A stretch of DNA of 64,000 nt from Candidatus Bathyarchaeota archaeon (GCA_963707955.1 OY970176.1:384001-448000), one strand, 5' to 3'. Positions 10,281 through 20,326 are shown, numbered from the stretch's first letter. Numbers and translations are program-made. The notes: generated by a model not told the origin, from the sequence alone.

Positions 10281-10397
10281 TTATTTTTTCTTATTTGCTG
10301 CTTTTTTAGCGCATTGGGCACTGCAATATTTGTTTTTGTTATCTAATGTCGTAAAGACTTTTCCGCAAATTGAACATTTCTTTTGAATGATTCCCAT
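10281..10397 (-). CDS. 38-aa basic zinc-finger microprotein (not in ORF track)
   Basis: MGIIQKKCSICGKVFTTLDNKNKYCSAQCAKKAANKKK*; GAGGT SD and a TTATAT box upstream. Confidence 0.7.
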   Translation of the reverse strand: MGIIQKKCSICGKVFTTLDNKNKYCSAQCAKKAANKKK

Positions 10398-10452
10398 TCA
10401 CTAGACCTCATCACTACAGTTACGATTCAACAAATATAAGATTGCGTTAGGT

Positions 10453-10485
10453 GGGGGTAAAGTTTTATCCCCAAACCCAAACTTC
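10453..10485. repeat. right half-site of the palindromic recombination-like site
   Basis: GGGGGTAAAGTTTTATCCCCAAACCCAAACTTC. Confidence 0.8.
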
Positions 10486-10640
10486 CTCTTATTTCTCTTT
10501 CCTTCCCTTTCCTACCTATACTATACCTCTCTCTGACAGATCCATACAGACACACAGACAGAAGACAAACAAAAGCGCGCGCGCCAAGATTACTCCAACG
10601 TCATAAGAAATAAATTTAGGAAATAGTCGGTCTATCCATT

Positions 10641-11194
10641 ATGAAAACCACTGGATTTTTCTGGACTAGATTAAACCCTCCCCATAAAGGTCACATTAAA
10701 ATTATTAAAAGAATTCTAAAACAAGTAGATAATTTGATTGTAGTCATAGGAGTTTCACAATACAAAAATACAAAAAACAATCCATTTAGCGGGGAAGAGA
10801 GAAAGCAAATGTTGGAAGCATACTTAAAAGAAGAGGGACTAGATAAGAAGGTAAAAATAATTCCCCTTCCAGACAGTGAAGTGTCGATACAAGATGGAGT
10901 AAGATATGGTCTAAACAATACTCCAAAATTTGATGTCGCATTTTCTACACACGAAATAGAAGAACAGTTGACTCCGATAAAAATAGAAGTTGAAAAGACA
11001 CTAGAACAAGAATTGAATATTAGAAAAATTAAAATTGTTAAGTTTAAAAGAATGGGAACACTATCTTCTACGAAGATCAGAGAAGCTATAGCTTATGAAA
11101 AAAATGGGGGCATATGACAGGTAAGTCTGTCGTGAAAATAATTAAAGAACTAAATGGAATAGAAAGAATAAAGAAAGCATATAATAGTAGTTAG
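10641..11194 (+). CDS. nicotinamide-nucleotide adenylyltransferase-like HxGH nucleotidyltransferase; frameshift in the A-run near 11100
   Basis: RLNPPHKGH, NPFSGEER, SSTKIRE; continues KWGHMTGKSVVKIIKELNGIERIK to TAG at 11194; AT-rich. Confidence 0.75.
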
Positions 11195-11347
11195 CGCGCG
11201 CTTACTAAAAAATAGTATTTCATACAGGCCCTTTTTGAAGGGAAACTCGCGCTAGCATCAGTATGCCAAGCCCTTGAGGCGGGTACATTTAAGGAAACAT
11301 TTTTCAACGGGAACAGTCAGTAAACCGCCACAGGGAGTTGCCATCAC

Positions 11348-11854
11348 ATGCAACAACGGATGATTCGAAAGGAAGTAGTCGTCAACGCACCTGTGAAGGC
11401 GGTCTGGGACGCGTGGACCACGCCCGAAGGCGCCATCACCTTCTTCGCGCCGAGGGCTAACATCAGGCTTGCAGTAGGTGGACCGTACGAGCTGTTCTTT
11501 GACCTTGACGCTCCAGAGGGCTCACAGGGAAGCGAGGGTTTGAAGATACTCAGCTTTCTTCCCATGGAAATGCTCTCATTCGAATGGACTGCGCCGCCAC
11601 AGTATCCCACCGTTCGCAAAGGACAGCGCACGTGGGTTGTGGTTCAATTCTTCCCCCGTGGCCAGAATGAAGTTCAAGTCAGACTGACTCATCTCGGCTG
11701 GAAACAAGGCGACGAGTGGGACAAAGTGTTTCAGTACTTCAAACACGCATGGGACATCGTCCTCGGAAGATTAGAACACAGATTTTCTACGGGTCCCATC
11801 GACTGGAACAATCCTTACTCCATTCCCCAGAATGTGACGTATGAGGCCCCTTGA
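11348..11854 (+). CDS. SRPBCC/AHSA1 family protein
   Basis: APVKAVWDAWTTPEG, LSFEW, VRLTHLGW, AWDIVLGRL. Confidence 0.85.
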   Translation: MQQRMIRKEVVVNAPVKAVWDAWTTPEGAITFFAPRANIRLAVGGPYELFFDLDAPEGSQGSEGLKILSFLPMEMLSFEWTAPPQYPTVRKGQRTWVVVQFFPRGQNEVQVRLTHLGWKQGDEWDKVFQYFKHAWDIVLGRLEHRFSTGPIDWNNPYSIPQNVTYEAP

Positions 11855-11963
11855 AAACAGACACGGTGCAATCGTACCATGGGACCCCACATCAAGTAAA
11901 CAGAAGTAAACAGATGGAAAGGCACGCGAGCCATGTTACGGAGATCTATCAATGGAGCGTGCG

Positions 11964-12155
11964 CTACGGATTTGCGTTCTCTGAATGCAACTGTCCACCG
12001 GTTGCCCAGTTGGTCTTCGGCACTTCGTAGATGATGACGGTTACCGCTTCCCTGGGGATGCCCAGTTCCTCAAGCACCCTCGTTATCCCTTCAACGACTT
12101 TCTTCTTGTTCTCTTCACTCATACCAGCCCAAAGAGAGACCTGAACCACGGGCAA
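11964..12155 (-). CDS. 4-oxalocrotonate tautomerase family protein
   Basis: TTG start gives N-terminal Pro (PVVQV); IYEVPKTNWATGG. Confidence 0.85.
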   Translation of the reverse strand: MPVVQVSLWAGMSEENKKKVVEGITRVLEELGIPREAVTVIIYEVPKTNWATGGQLHSENANP

Positions 12156-12332
12156 TTCAGCTACCCCATGTAATGATACCTTTTTCCACATATAAAGGCA
12201 CAGCGCGCGCTGTCCTCATCTAAGCCTGTTTAGCTTCGATTCCAGAGCTTTCAGTTCGCAACACGCTTTTCGACCACATACAAGAAGACTTTAATCTGCG
12301 GCTAATCACACGATGATTGAGGGTAAGGAGCG

Positions 12333-12674
12333 ATGGAAGAAAAAGATTACTTAAAAAGATTCAACCGCTTGCTTGTTTGGCCGACGTTGGTTTTGTTCAT
12401 AATCTTGGCAATCTCAGGGTACGGTATCGTAAACCCTGTTGTGGTTCGCGAATTAACCGGAGGTCTTTTTGCTGATCGCTACCTTTCATTGCGCGTTCAC
12501 ACGGATGTAGTTCTTCCTGCTTTGACGTTACTCATGATTCACGTATTGATTGCAATCAGGTCAACTCTGATTCGCTGGGGTGTAAAAGAGAGCAATCTTT
12601 TGAACGCTTTTCTGATTCTTTTAGGAGCTTTCACGGTCGCGTTGCTCGTTCTAATGCAGGACCTAGCGCCCTGA
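12333..12674 (+). CDS. small three-TM protein (possible heme-b partner)
   Basis: three TM helices, ISGYG motif, two His residues; 13 bp upstream of the Mo enzyme gene. Confidence 0.6.
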   Translation: MEEKDYLKRFNRLLVWPTLVLFIILAISGYGIVNPVVVRELTGGLFADRYLSLRVHTDVVLPALTLLMIHVLIAIRSTLIRWGVKESNLLNAFLILLGAFTVALLVLMQDLAP

Positions 12675-12687
12675 GGAGCTGAAGAAG

Positions 12688-13953
12688 ATGGGAAAGAAGC
12701 TTGGAATAGCACATATGGTCGTAATAATGGTTTTTGCTCTGATTACCGTCCTACCTGTGCAGAGGGGTGCTGGCGCACTCCAAACATCTGGAGTGTTAAG
12801 GATTTACGGTTTAGTGAATAGGCCTCTGAACTTGACCTATGATGAACTGTTTTCTTTTCCGATGGTTTCGGAAGTGGCAGAATTGAAGTGTGTGGATGGT
12901 TTTCCAGACGTGACTGGCAACTGGACAGGAATACCGCTTTTCTACCTCCTGACCTTGGCCCAGATTAACTCAGATGCATACAAGGTTGTCACGTACGGCT
13001 CGGATGGGTTTTCATCAGACCTTCTGGTCGAAGACGCTCTGAGGCCCACAACTATCCTTGCTTTGGAAGACAACGGAACAACGAGCGCGAGCGCGATAGA
13101 ACCATTGCCACGCCTCATCGTTCCCAACAATTGGGGTTACAAATGGGTCGCTGAAGTGGATGCGATTGAAGTGGTGAACTATGATTACAAAGGGACTTGG
13201 GAGAGCAGCGGATATTCCGATAATGGGACCAGACCTGGCAGCACGGCCTTGCCATCGATAACGCCCCCCCTGCAAGAGTTGAACTTTGCCTTTGGCAACC
13301 TGACCTTCAACGTGGAAGCCTTCACAGACGTTTCAATCAGCTCCTACATGCTCGATCATTCGCAGAAGCAATTAAGTCTGAACGTAACTGTGCCTTCTGG
13401 AATAGGAGGCTTTGCTGATTTCATACTGCCGCAAGACTTTCTAAAAAGTCCATACAGTGTTACCTTGGATAACCAGGCAGTTGACGTCATTGAAGCTGAT
13501 CTGAGCAATCAGTCATACCTATACGCCTCTATCCCAGAAGGTTTCAACGCTGTGAAGATTGTTGGTGCTGGAGTTTTCGGATTTGCGCCTGAAATCGAGG
13601 TGAGTGCCAGCCAAATTGTCAACGTTGGAGAGACTGTCATTTTTGATGCAAGCAAATCTGCCGCCTATGGAACAATAGTGTCGTATGAGTGGAACTTCGG
13701 TGACGGCACTAATGGAACCGGAGCGGTTGTGTCACACTCATACAACAAACTGGGGACATACCAAGCAGAGCTCAACGTCACCGACAACAATGGTTTAAGC
13801 AGTTCCGAAACGTTGACAATAACCGTTGAAAACCCGCCAGAGTACATCCCCCTCGCTGTGAAGGTGCTTCTGGCAGCAGTTCTAGGTTTACTCATCTTGA
13901 TGTTTGCAGTTCTGGTGAGAGGCAGAAGAAAAGAGCGTGTACCTAAGCAATAG
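12688..13953 (+). CDS. sulfite-oxidase-family molybdopterin domain plus PKD domain, membrane anchored
   Basis: signal peptide; LKCVDG, WTGIPL, PRLIVPNNWGYKWV; PKD motif YEWNFGDG; C-terminal TM. Confidence 0.8.
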   Translation: MGKKLGIAHMVVIMVFALITVLPVQRGAGALQTSGVLRIYGLVNRPLNLTYDELFSFPMVSEVAELKCVDGFPDVTGNWTGIPLFYLLTLAQINSDAYKVVTYGSDGFSSDLLVEDALRPTTILALEDNGTTSASAIEPLPRLIVPNNWGYKWVAEVDAIEVVNYDYKGTWESSGYSDNGTRPGSTALPSITPPLQELNFAFGNLTFNVEAFTDVSISSYMLDHSQKQLSLNVTVPSGIGGFADFILPQDFLKSPYSVTLDNQAVDVIEADLSNQSYLYASIPEGFNAVKIVGAGVFGFAPEIEVSASQIVNVGETVIFDASKSAAYGTIVSYEWNFGDGTNGTGAVVSHSYNKLGTYQAELNVTDNNGLSSSETLTITVENPPEYIPLAVKVLLAAVLGLLILMFAVLVRGRRKERVPKQ

Positions 13954-14282
13954 GGATTCAGTTATTGACGTTGTGTCAAAAGCAGTTCTCAGTACGTGCA
14001 CTGACGTCATGATTTAAGGCTGAAAGACTTCTCTTGCTTGTTTCCTGCATAACAAATTATGTAACGCGCGCGCTAATCGTAGAAAGTCCAACCTTCACTT
14101 GTCCTTGGATATTGGTTCTCCTTCTCAGAAGATTGACAAAGGGATTGTCCAAATCTCGCATCTCTTCGTTTATTCCCTCAAAAAAGAGGTGCGGGGCTCT
14201 ACTCATTACGCTTCAGCGAATTTAGGAACAGGCATACGCGCTGAAATATGATAACGTTTAAACTTTACCAAACCCCAGATCA

Positions 14283-14630
14283 ATGGGCAAGATGAAGGAC
14301 ACGGTCATGGGCAACCTGGAGATGCGCTTCTACAATCAGATATTCTGCCTTGCAAAAGCTTTGGATGAACATGGGATAATACTCAACTATGATGATGCGC
14401 AGATGGGTCGAGTAAGCCCAAAGCTTGTTGGCGAAGGGTTTGGAATTCCTCTCTCAAAGGTCTATCCCATAAAGGTGCCGGAGGATGTGAAAGAACAGAT
14501 GGCAGCCCTTGACATCAAAGACTTCTGGGATTTCTATTTCTACAGAGAAACGAAGGCTCTAAGAGAAGTTGCACTTGAGAAGAAAAAAGAAGAGGAAAAT
14601 CCTAAAAAGAAACACTGGCCCTTCGGATAA
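14283..14630 (+). CDS. hypothetical protein
   Basis: 115-aa ORF with ATG start and upstream TTTAAA box. Confidence 0.55.
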   Translation: MGKMKDTVMGNLEMRFYNQIFCLAKALDEHGIILNYDDAQMGRVSPKLVGEGFGIPLSKVYPIKVPEDVKEQMAALDIKDFWDFYFYRETKALREVALEKKKEEENPKKKHWPFG

Positions 14631-14859
14631 AGTTTAGACACGAAAGATGCGCGCTCAAAGAACCGTTTGTTCTCGCGATTTCTCGACGAGGCATCCGAAA
14701 AGTTCGGAATCGATAACCGTCCAAACTCGCGCGATTTGTAATTCAAAAAGGTTATTTCCCAGTCTGTTGACGACATCTCCCGCACAATCCTCTCTTTTCT
14801 CTTCCTGCAGATAGACCTTTTGAATCCGCGTTTGTAATACTTTCTTCACGATCACTTCT

Positions 14860-15480
14860 TCATTTGGCAGGCTTAAGATTCGGTCCCATTTTCTTCAAAT
14901 AGTTGTCCACTCCGTCTCCGAGAACCCTCGTCAGCAGGTCCATCCGCACGCGCATGTACTCTTCTTGAAGTATGTCAAAATGGAAGGATCCCCATTTCTT
15001 GCCTGCCACGTAAACCGTGTTCCGTACAACTCCGCCTTTCTTGAAGCCGCAAGATTCAAGCGCCCTGTGAGCCCGCGTGTTGTATTCTACGCTCCACGCT
15101 TGGCAGTGCTCAAGGCCAAGGTGCATAAAAGACATTTCGAGCAGAGCGACAGTTATTTTCTTTCCTAAACCCTTCTCCCACAGTTCCTTCTTTCCGATGT
15201 AGGTGCCGACGTCCGCTCCTGGAACGTTACCCCAAACCTCCCTGCGAATGCTGGCGAAGCCTACAGGCTCGTTTAAGTCAATGTCCTCCACGATGAAAAA
15301 GAGGTTCTTCTCATTCTTCATCCATTCAGCAAACCTTTCCTCCAGCTGAGCCATCGAAGCCATATTCAACGGTTGACTTCTGCTGTACATCATCAACTCA
15401 GAATCGTTCTCCCAAACGTGCAACAACTTCAGATCTTCCTTCTCCAAAGGCCTGAACCTCAGACCAGCAAACTCAAACAC
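14860..15480 (-). CDS. GNAT N-acetyltransferase (RimJ/RimL/SpeG-like)
   Basis: LRFRPLEKEDL, WEKGLGK, NTRAHRALESCGFKKGG; GTG start after GGGGTGA. Confidence 0.85.
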   Translation of the reverse strand: MFEFAGLRFRPLEKEDLKLLHVWENDSELMMYSRSQPLNMASMAQLEERFAEWMKNEKNLFFIVEDIDLNEPVGFASIRREVWGNVPGADVGTYIGKKELWEKGLGKKITVALLEMSFMHLGLEHCQAWSVEYNTRAHRALESCGFKKGGVVRNTVYVAGKKWGSFHFDILQEEYMRVRMDLLTRVLGDGVDNYLKKMGPNLKPAK

Positions 15481-15699
15481 CCAGATCACCCCTTTCGAAC
15501 TACTACGAAGGCAAAAATTAACCTTACCCTTAGCGCGCGCTAGCCGCTTAGATTGTCCTATGGAAAACAGGTCCCATATTCTAACGCGAGGCAGCACCCA
15601 TTACGATAGCCAGTAGCGCGCGTCTGTTTCTTCACGGCTGGTTACACCCCAACATTGCTATCGGCATTACTTGTAAGAAACAGTTTTCGCCCGCGCGCG

Positions 15700-16596
15700 C
15701 TACAGATGAGTTGCGCATTGCCTGCATTTAGAAGAGTGCGGCTTCCTCGAGTTTTTCATGTCTTCCGTGTCGAGGCTCCACCCTACGGAGCCGGTGTTCT
15801 CGACTACGCGTTCAGGTCTGGAAGCTCTCGGGATCGGAAAGATTGTTATGCTCTTGGTCATCAGCCAGTTGAGTGCGATCTGCACTCGCGTTTTGCCTCC
15901 GTGTTTGCGTGAAACTTCATCCATGGCGGCGGCGAGTTTCGTGTCGGGGTTGACCAGCTTGCCGTGGGCTATCGGCCTATAGGGCACAATGACTATGTGT
16001 TTCTGTTCGCAGTAGGGAAGCAGGTCCTTCTCTATTTTCCTCCTCATCAGATTATATTCAACCTGGTTGGAAGCAAGCTGTGTTGTCGAGAGCGCTTGCT
16101 CGGCGCTCTTGGTTTGCTCCAGGGAAAAGTTGCTGACACCCACATACTTGACTTTCCCGTCGGTCACAAGCTTTTCCATGGCTTTCATTGTTTGCTCAAT
16201 GGGAACTCTTTTGTTGGGCATGTGAATCTGGTAGAGGTCGATATAGGTGCAGTTCAGTCTTCGCAGGTTTCGGTCGGCAGCCTTCAGAACGCCGTTGTAT
16301 TTCAAATGGTTCCACAAGACCTTTGTGGCAATGAACAAGTTGTCCCTTTTGTAGCCTTTGATAGCCTCTCGAACCAGTTCCTCTGTCATGTAGATTTCGG
16401 CAGTGTCGATGAGGTTTATGCCGAGCTCCAGACCCTTCTTCAAGGCAGCTATCTTCTCGTCCTTACCTGCCCGATGGTGAAGAAGCAAGGCTGTGGCGAT
16501 GTACGCTGGGTCAAAGTATGTTCCCATACCTATGTTTGAGACTTTGAACCTCGTCCAACCAAACTCATGATATTCCATAACAATCAAACTCCGCAT
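15700..16596 (-). CDS. aldo/keto reductase (the last ~20 codons are probably frameshifted)
   Basis: IGMGT, IDTAEIY, IATKV, IDLYQIH, GVSNF, NQVEYN, IPRAS. Confidence 0.9.
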   Translation of the reverse strand: MRSLIVMEYHEFGWTRFKVSNIGMGTYFDPAYIATALLLHHRAGKDEKIAALKKGLELGINLIDTAEIYMTEELVREAIKGYKRDNLFIATKVLWNHLKYNGVLKAADRNLRRLNCTYIDLYQIHMPNKRVPIEQTMKAMEKLVTDGKVKYVGVSNFSLEQTKSAEQALSTTQLASNQVEYNLMRRKIEKDLLPYCEQKHIVIVPYRPIAHGKLVNPDTKLAAAMDEVSRKHGGKTRVQIALNWLMTKSITIFPIPRASRPERVVENTGSVGWSLDTEDMKNSRKPHSSKCRQCATHL

Positions 16597-16702
16597 TATC
16601 AGTTATTATAGTTCCTTATCAGCCGGCGCCCATCTGACAGTCCTACAGACGAAAGACCACAGAAAAAACGGATAATCAGGAAATCGGGCAATATCGCGCG
16701 CG

Positions 16703-16882
16703 TGCAAAAACTGGAAAGTCTCAAATCTTATATAGAAACTTAAAGATCTGCCAAAGGAAAACGAGTATTTCTTGAGGAACAGGCTTAGGCAGTCTGTAGG
16801 CAGAAACTTTGAGGTTCAACGGAGACGTATAGCAACGAAACTCGGAAATCATAGGCTTCAAAGAATCACCTTCCGAACCCTA
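16703..16882 (+). pseudogene. internal fragment of a tyrosine recombinase/integrase
   Basis: LPKENEYF..RNFEVQRRRIATKLGNHRLQRITFRTL, cut just before the expected catalytic R; bounded by GCGCGC motifs. Confidence 0.65.
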
Positions 16883-16998
16883 GCGCGCGCAGAAACAGAC
16901 TTCGGAAAAAGTACTTCAATATACGCCGAAAGCAATTCAAAAAGGTTATATTCGGCCGAAACTACTCTGCTGTGTTTGCGGGTGCAATGTGATGCAAG

Positions 16999-19900
16999 GT
17001 GACCGCCAAATTCAAGACTGATTCTGAAAAAGGCCTCACCGTAGAGTATCGCCCGCTCGAACTTGAAGAAGAAATACGTCGATTCTGGGAAGAAAATCAC
17101 ACTCAACAGAGGCTGATGGAAGCCAAGGAGAAAAACAACAAGGGCCTCCTAGGCTACGTTGAAGGACCCCCAACACTCAACGGCGTGCCACACGTTGGCC
17201 ATGCAAGAGGCCGAGTGATGAAAGATCTGCGCTACCGATGGAAGACGATGCAAGGTTACTATGTACCGTTCTGGGGAGGATGGGACTGTCAAGGGTTGCC
17301 TGTCGAGTTGGAAGTTGAGAGACAGCTCGGCGTTAAGAACAAGCGGGAGTTTCTTGACAGAGTCGGTGAGGAACATTTCATACAAGAGTGTAAAAAAGCC
17401 ATAATGAAGTATCAGAAAGCATGGGTGGAAGCTGACCGAAAACTTGGCATCTTCATGGACCACAGCAGAGCATACTGGACGTACTTGGACAGCTACATCG
17501 AAAGGGAATGGCAATACCTCAAACATGCCTGGGACCAAGGCTTACTCGAAGAAGGACATTACGTCGTGGCCTACTGCCCCGGATGCCAAACAAGTCTAAG
17601 CAACGCAGAAGTGGGCTACGAGGACACGTACCAGCTGGTAGAAGACCCAAGCCTCTACTTCAAGTTCAAAATCGCTGACAAGCCGAACGAGTACTTTCTT
17701 GTCTGGACCACGATGCCATTCACGCTTATCACGGACACCATGCTTGCCGTTCGACCAGAAGCTGAGTACGCAAGAGTGCAAGTTGGTGATGAAGTGTGGA
17801 TTCTCGTGAAACAACGCGTTGAACCAGTCATGAAGGAACTAGGCATAGAAAAGTGCACAATAAGCGCAACTGTTACCGGCAAGAGCCTCGAAAACACGAA
17901 ATACGAATACCCCTTTAGGGAAATCGTCCCGAAACAAGTGGAGCTTGAAAAGAGTCACCCATCAGTGCACAGAGTTGTGTGCGAGGACTTTGTGGACGTA
18001 GACACAGCAACGGGCGTAGTTCATCTCTCTCCTGGAAACGGTGAGGAAGACTTCTTCGCTGCACAGAAGCGCGGAGTGCCGATATTCGCACCTTTCGACG
18101 ACGAAGTCAAATTCACAGGTGAAGGGGGAAAATTCTGCGGCGTGTTCGCAAGAGACACCGACTACATGGTTATCGAAGAACTTCGAACAAGAGGATTGCT
18201 CGTCGAAGTAAAACCCGTGAAACACGAATATCCGACATGCTGGCGATCCCACCACAAGCTGGTCTGGCTTGCAAGAAAAGAATACTTCCTCAGGACAGAC
18301 AAGATAAATGGCAAGGTGTTAGAAGCCGCGGAAAAAGTGGCCTACTTCTACGATGAAACCAAGAACAGGTTCATCAGCTTCCTGAAAGAAGGCAAACCCT
18401 GGTGCATATCCCGAGAGCGCGTCTGGGGAGTTCCTCTACCAGTTTGGAAATGCAGAGAATGCGGGACAAAGACCATAGTGGCAAGCAAGAAAGAGCTTCT
18501 TGAAAGGGCAATTGAAAAACCGCGAGGAGAATTTGAGCTGCACAAGCCGTGGGTCGACCGAATAACCTTCAAGTGCCAGAAGTGCGGAGGCACCATGCAT
18601 AGAGAAGACTTCGTGCTCGACACGTGGCACAACAGTGGAGCTTCACCCTACGCAAGGTTTACTGACGAAGAATTCTCGAAGTACGTACCAGCTGACTTCC
18701 TCACGGAAGGAGTCGACCAAACCCGCGGATGGGCAAATTCGCTCTTACTGGAATATGTCATACTTACTGGAAAGGCTGAAGCGCCCTACAAGGCGTTCCT
18801 TTTCCAGGGACTAGCGCAGGACGCAAATGGCAGGAAGATGAGTAAAAGCCTCGGAAACGTCATCGAAGCCAACAAGCTGCTGGAGAAGTATTCAGCAGAC
18901 ATATGCCGGTTCTACAGCTTACGCAAGTGTTCGCCGATTGACTTCATCAGCTTTGACCCGAACGAGCTAGGCCGCAGAACTTATCAAATACTCTCCACGC
19001 TGTACCATCTCAACAGGTTCTTCTTGCAGAACGCGGAGTTCGACAACTTCAACCCTCAGAGACAAACTCTGCAATGGGCAAGAAAAGGAAAACAGCTGAG
19101 GAACCCGGACTTCTGGCTACTTTCAAAGCTTCAGGAAACGATAGACACGTACACGGCCAAGCTGGAAACGTGTGAATTCAACCTCGCAGTTGCTGTCTTG
19201 GAAGACTTCGTCATAGAAAGCCTGAGCAGGCTTTACGTGCCCATGGTCCGCAAAGAACTGTGGACCGACGACTCAGAAACTCTTGACCGAAGGCTAGCAG
19301 TGTATGCAACTCTATGGCACGCTTTGAGGACCATGACAGTCTTATTCAACCCAGTGACGCCTTATCTCAGTGAAGCCTTGCACCAGAAAGTCTACAGAAA
19401 ACTGGATCCTGAGCTGCCAGAATCGGTGAACTTTGAAAGCTGGCCAGAGTCAGACAAGAAACTGCGAAATAAGACGCTGGAGGAAGACTTTCAGACGCTG
19501 TTCAAATGCGTTTCACTTGTCTATTCTGCAAGACAAAACGCTGGACTGAAAAGAAGATGGCCCTTAGACAAGCTGGTCGTGGTCGCCCCAGAGAAAGTGT
19601 GTGCAGCCTTGAAGAGCGTTGAAGAACTGTTCCTCGAGCTTGCAAATGTTAAGGCCGCAGATTACGCAACTGGAAAAGCTCCACAGCACGCAACTTCAGA
19701 AGGATGGATGTTCGCGTCTGAGGGCGACGTTCAGATCTTCTTGGATGTTCATCGTGACGAACGGCTGCTCGGCGCGGGTCTGATGCGTGACCTCGCTCGA
19801 AGGGTTCAAGCCCTTAGAAAGGAGCTAGGTTACGTGCCAACGGACATTCTGGAGGCGGTTTACATATCTGAACTCGACGAGGAAAGCATCAGGCTATTAG

Positions 19901-20058
19901 AGCCGCATCTACTTCAGATGAAAGAACTTGTCCGCGCAAAAACCGTGCATCTACAAGGAAGCCGCGCAGAAAAAGAGATGCAATGGCACGAGTCTCAACT
20001 GGACGAAAAGAAAGTCTCGATTGCAATCTCTCCAGGAACAGCGAAGCAACCATCGTAG
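16999..20058 (+). CDS. ileS: isoleucine--tRNA ligase
   Basis: GPP..HVGH, GWDCQGLPVE, WTTMPFTL, WCISRER, EGVDQTRGW, KMSKS. Confidence 0.97.
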   Translation: MTAKFKTDSEKGLTVEYRPLELEEEIRRFWEENHTQQRLMEAKEKNNKGLLGYVEGPPTLNGVPHVGHARGRVMKDLRYRWKTMQGYYVPFWGGWDCQGLPVELEVERQLGVKNKREFLDRVGEEHFIQECKKAIMKYQKAWVEADRKLGIFMDHSRAYWTYLDSYIEREWQYLKHAWDQGLLEEGHYVVAYCPGCQTSLSNAEVGYEDTYQLVEDPSLYFKFKIADKPNEYFLVWTTMPFTLITDTMLAVRPEAEYARVQVGDEVWILVKQRVEPVMKELGIEKCTISATVTGKSLENTKYEYPFREIVPKQVELEKSHPSVHRVVCEDFVDVDTATGVVHLSPGNGEEDFFAAQKRGVPIFAPFDDEVKFTGEGGKFCGVFARDTDYMVIEELRTRGLLVEVKPVKHEYPTCWRSHHKLVWLARKEYFLRTDKINGKVLEAAEKVAYFYDETKNRFISFLKEGKPWCISRERVWGVPLPVWKCRECGTKTIVASKKELLERAIEKPRGEFELHKPWVDRITFKCQKCGGTMHREDFVLDTWHNSGASPYARFTDEEFSKYVPADFLTEGVDQTRGWANSLLLEYVILTGKAEAPYKAFLFQGLAQDANGRKMSKSLGNVIEANKLLEKYSADICRFYSLRKCSPIDFISFDPNELGRRTYQILSTLYHLNRFFLQNAEFDNFNPQRQTLQWARKGKQLRNPDFWLLSKLQETIDTYTAKLETCEFNLAVAVLEDFVIESLSRLYVPMVRKELWTDDSETLDRRLAVYATLWHALRTMTVLFNPVTPYLSEALHQKVYRKLDPELPESVNFESWPESDKKLRNKTLEEDFQTLFKCVSLVYSARQNAGLKRRWPLDKLVVVAPEKVCAALKSVEELFLELANVKAADYATGKAPQHATSEGWMFASEGDVQIFLDVHRDERLLGAGLMRDLARRVQALRKELGYVPTDILEAVYISELDEESIRLLEPHLLQMKELVRAKTVHLQGSRAEKEMQWHESQLDEKKVSIAISPGTAKQPS

Positions 20059-20326
20059 CGCGCGCCGAAGTTGAAGGTCTGATAAAAAAAGGTTCTACCG
20101 AACAAGACAAGATGAATGGCCATTTCAGAGAGAAGAACCGGATTGAACATATCTTGGGACGTTTGAGGCATCGCACATGAGCCGCTAGTTTGTTTCAAAA
20201 TCAAATTAGTGTTCTAGCGTAAGTCGTACCGTTCATCCTACAAGTGATTTCTGATCTTCGAGCGCCAGAAAAATGAGACCGAAAGCTATATCTTTTCTTA
20301 ATCGACGTTCCTTCCGAAAGAAGGTA

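Noticed and set aside
11894-11914. AAGTAAACAG tandem duplication
   Set aside because: Only two units; probably replication slippage.
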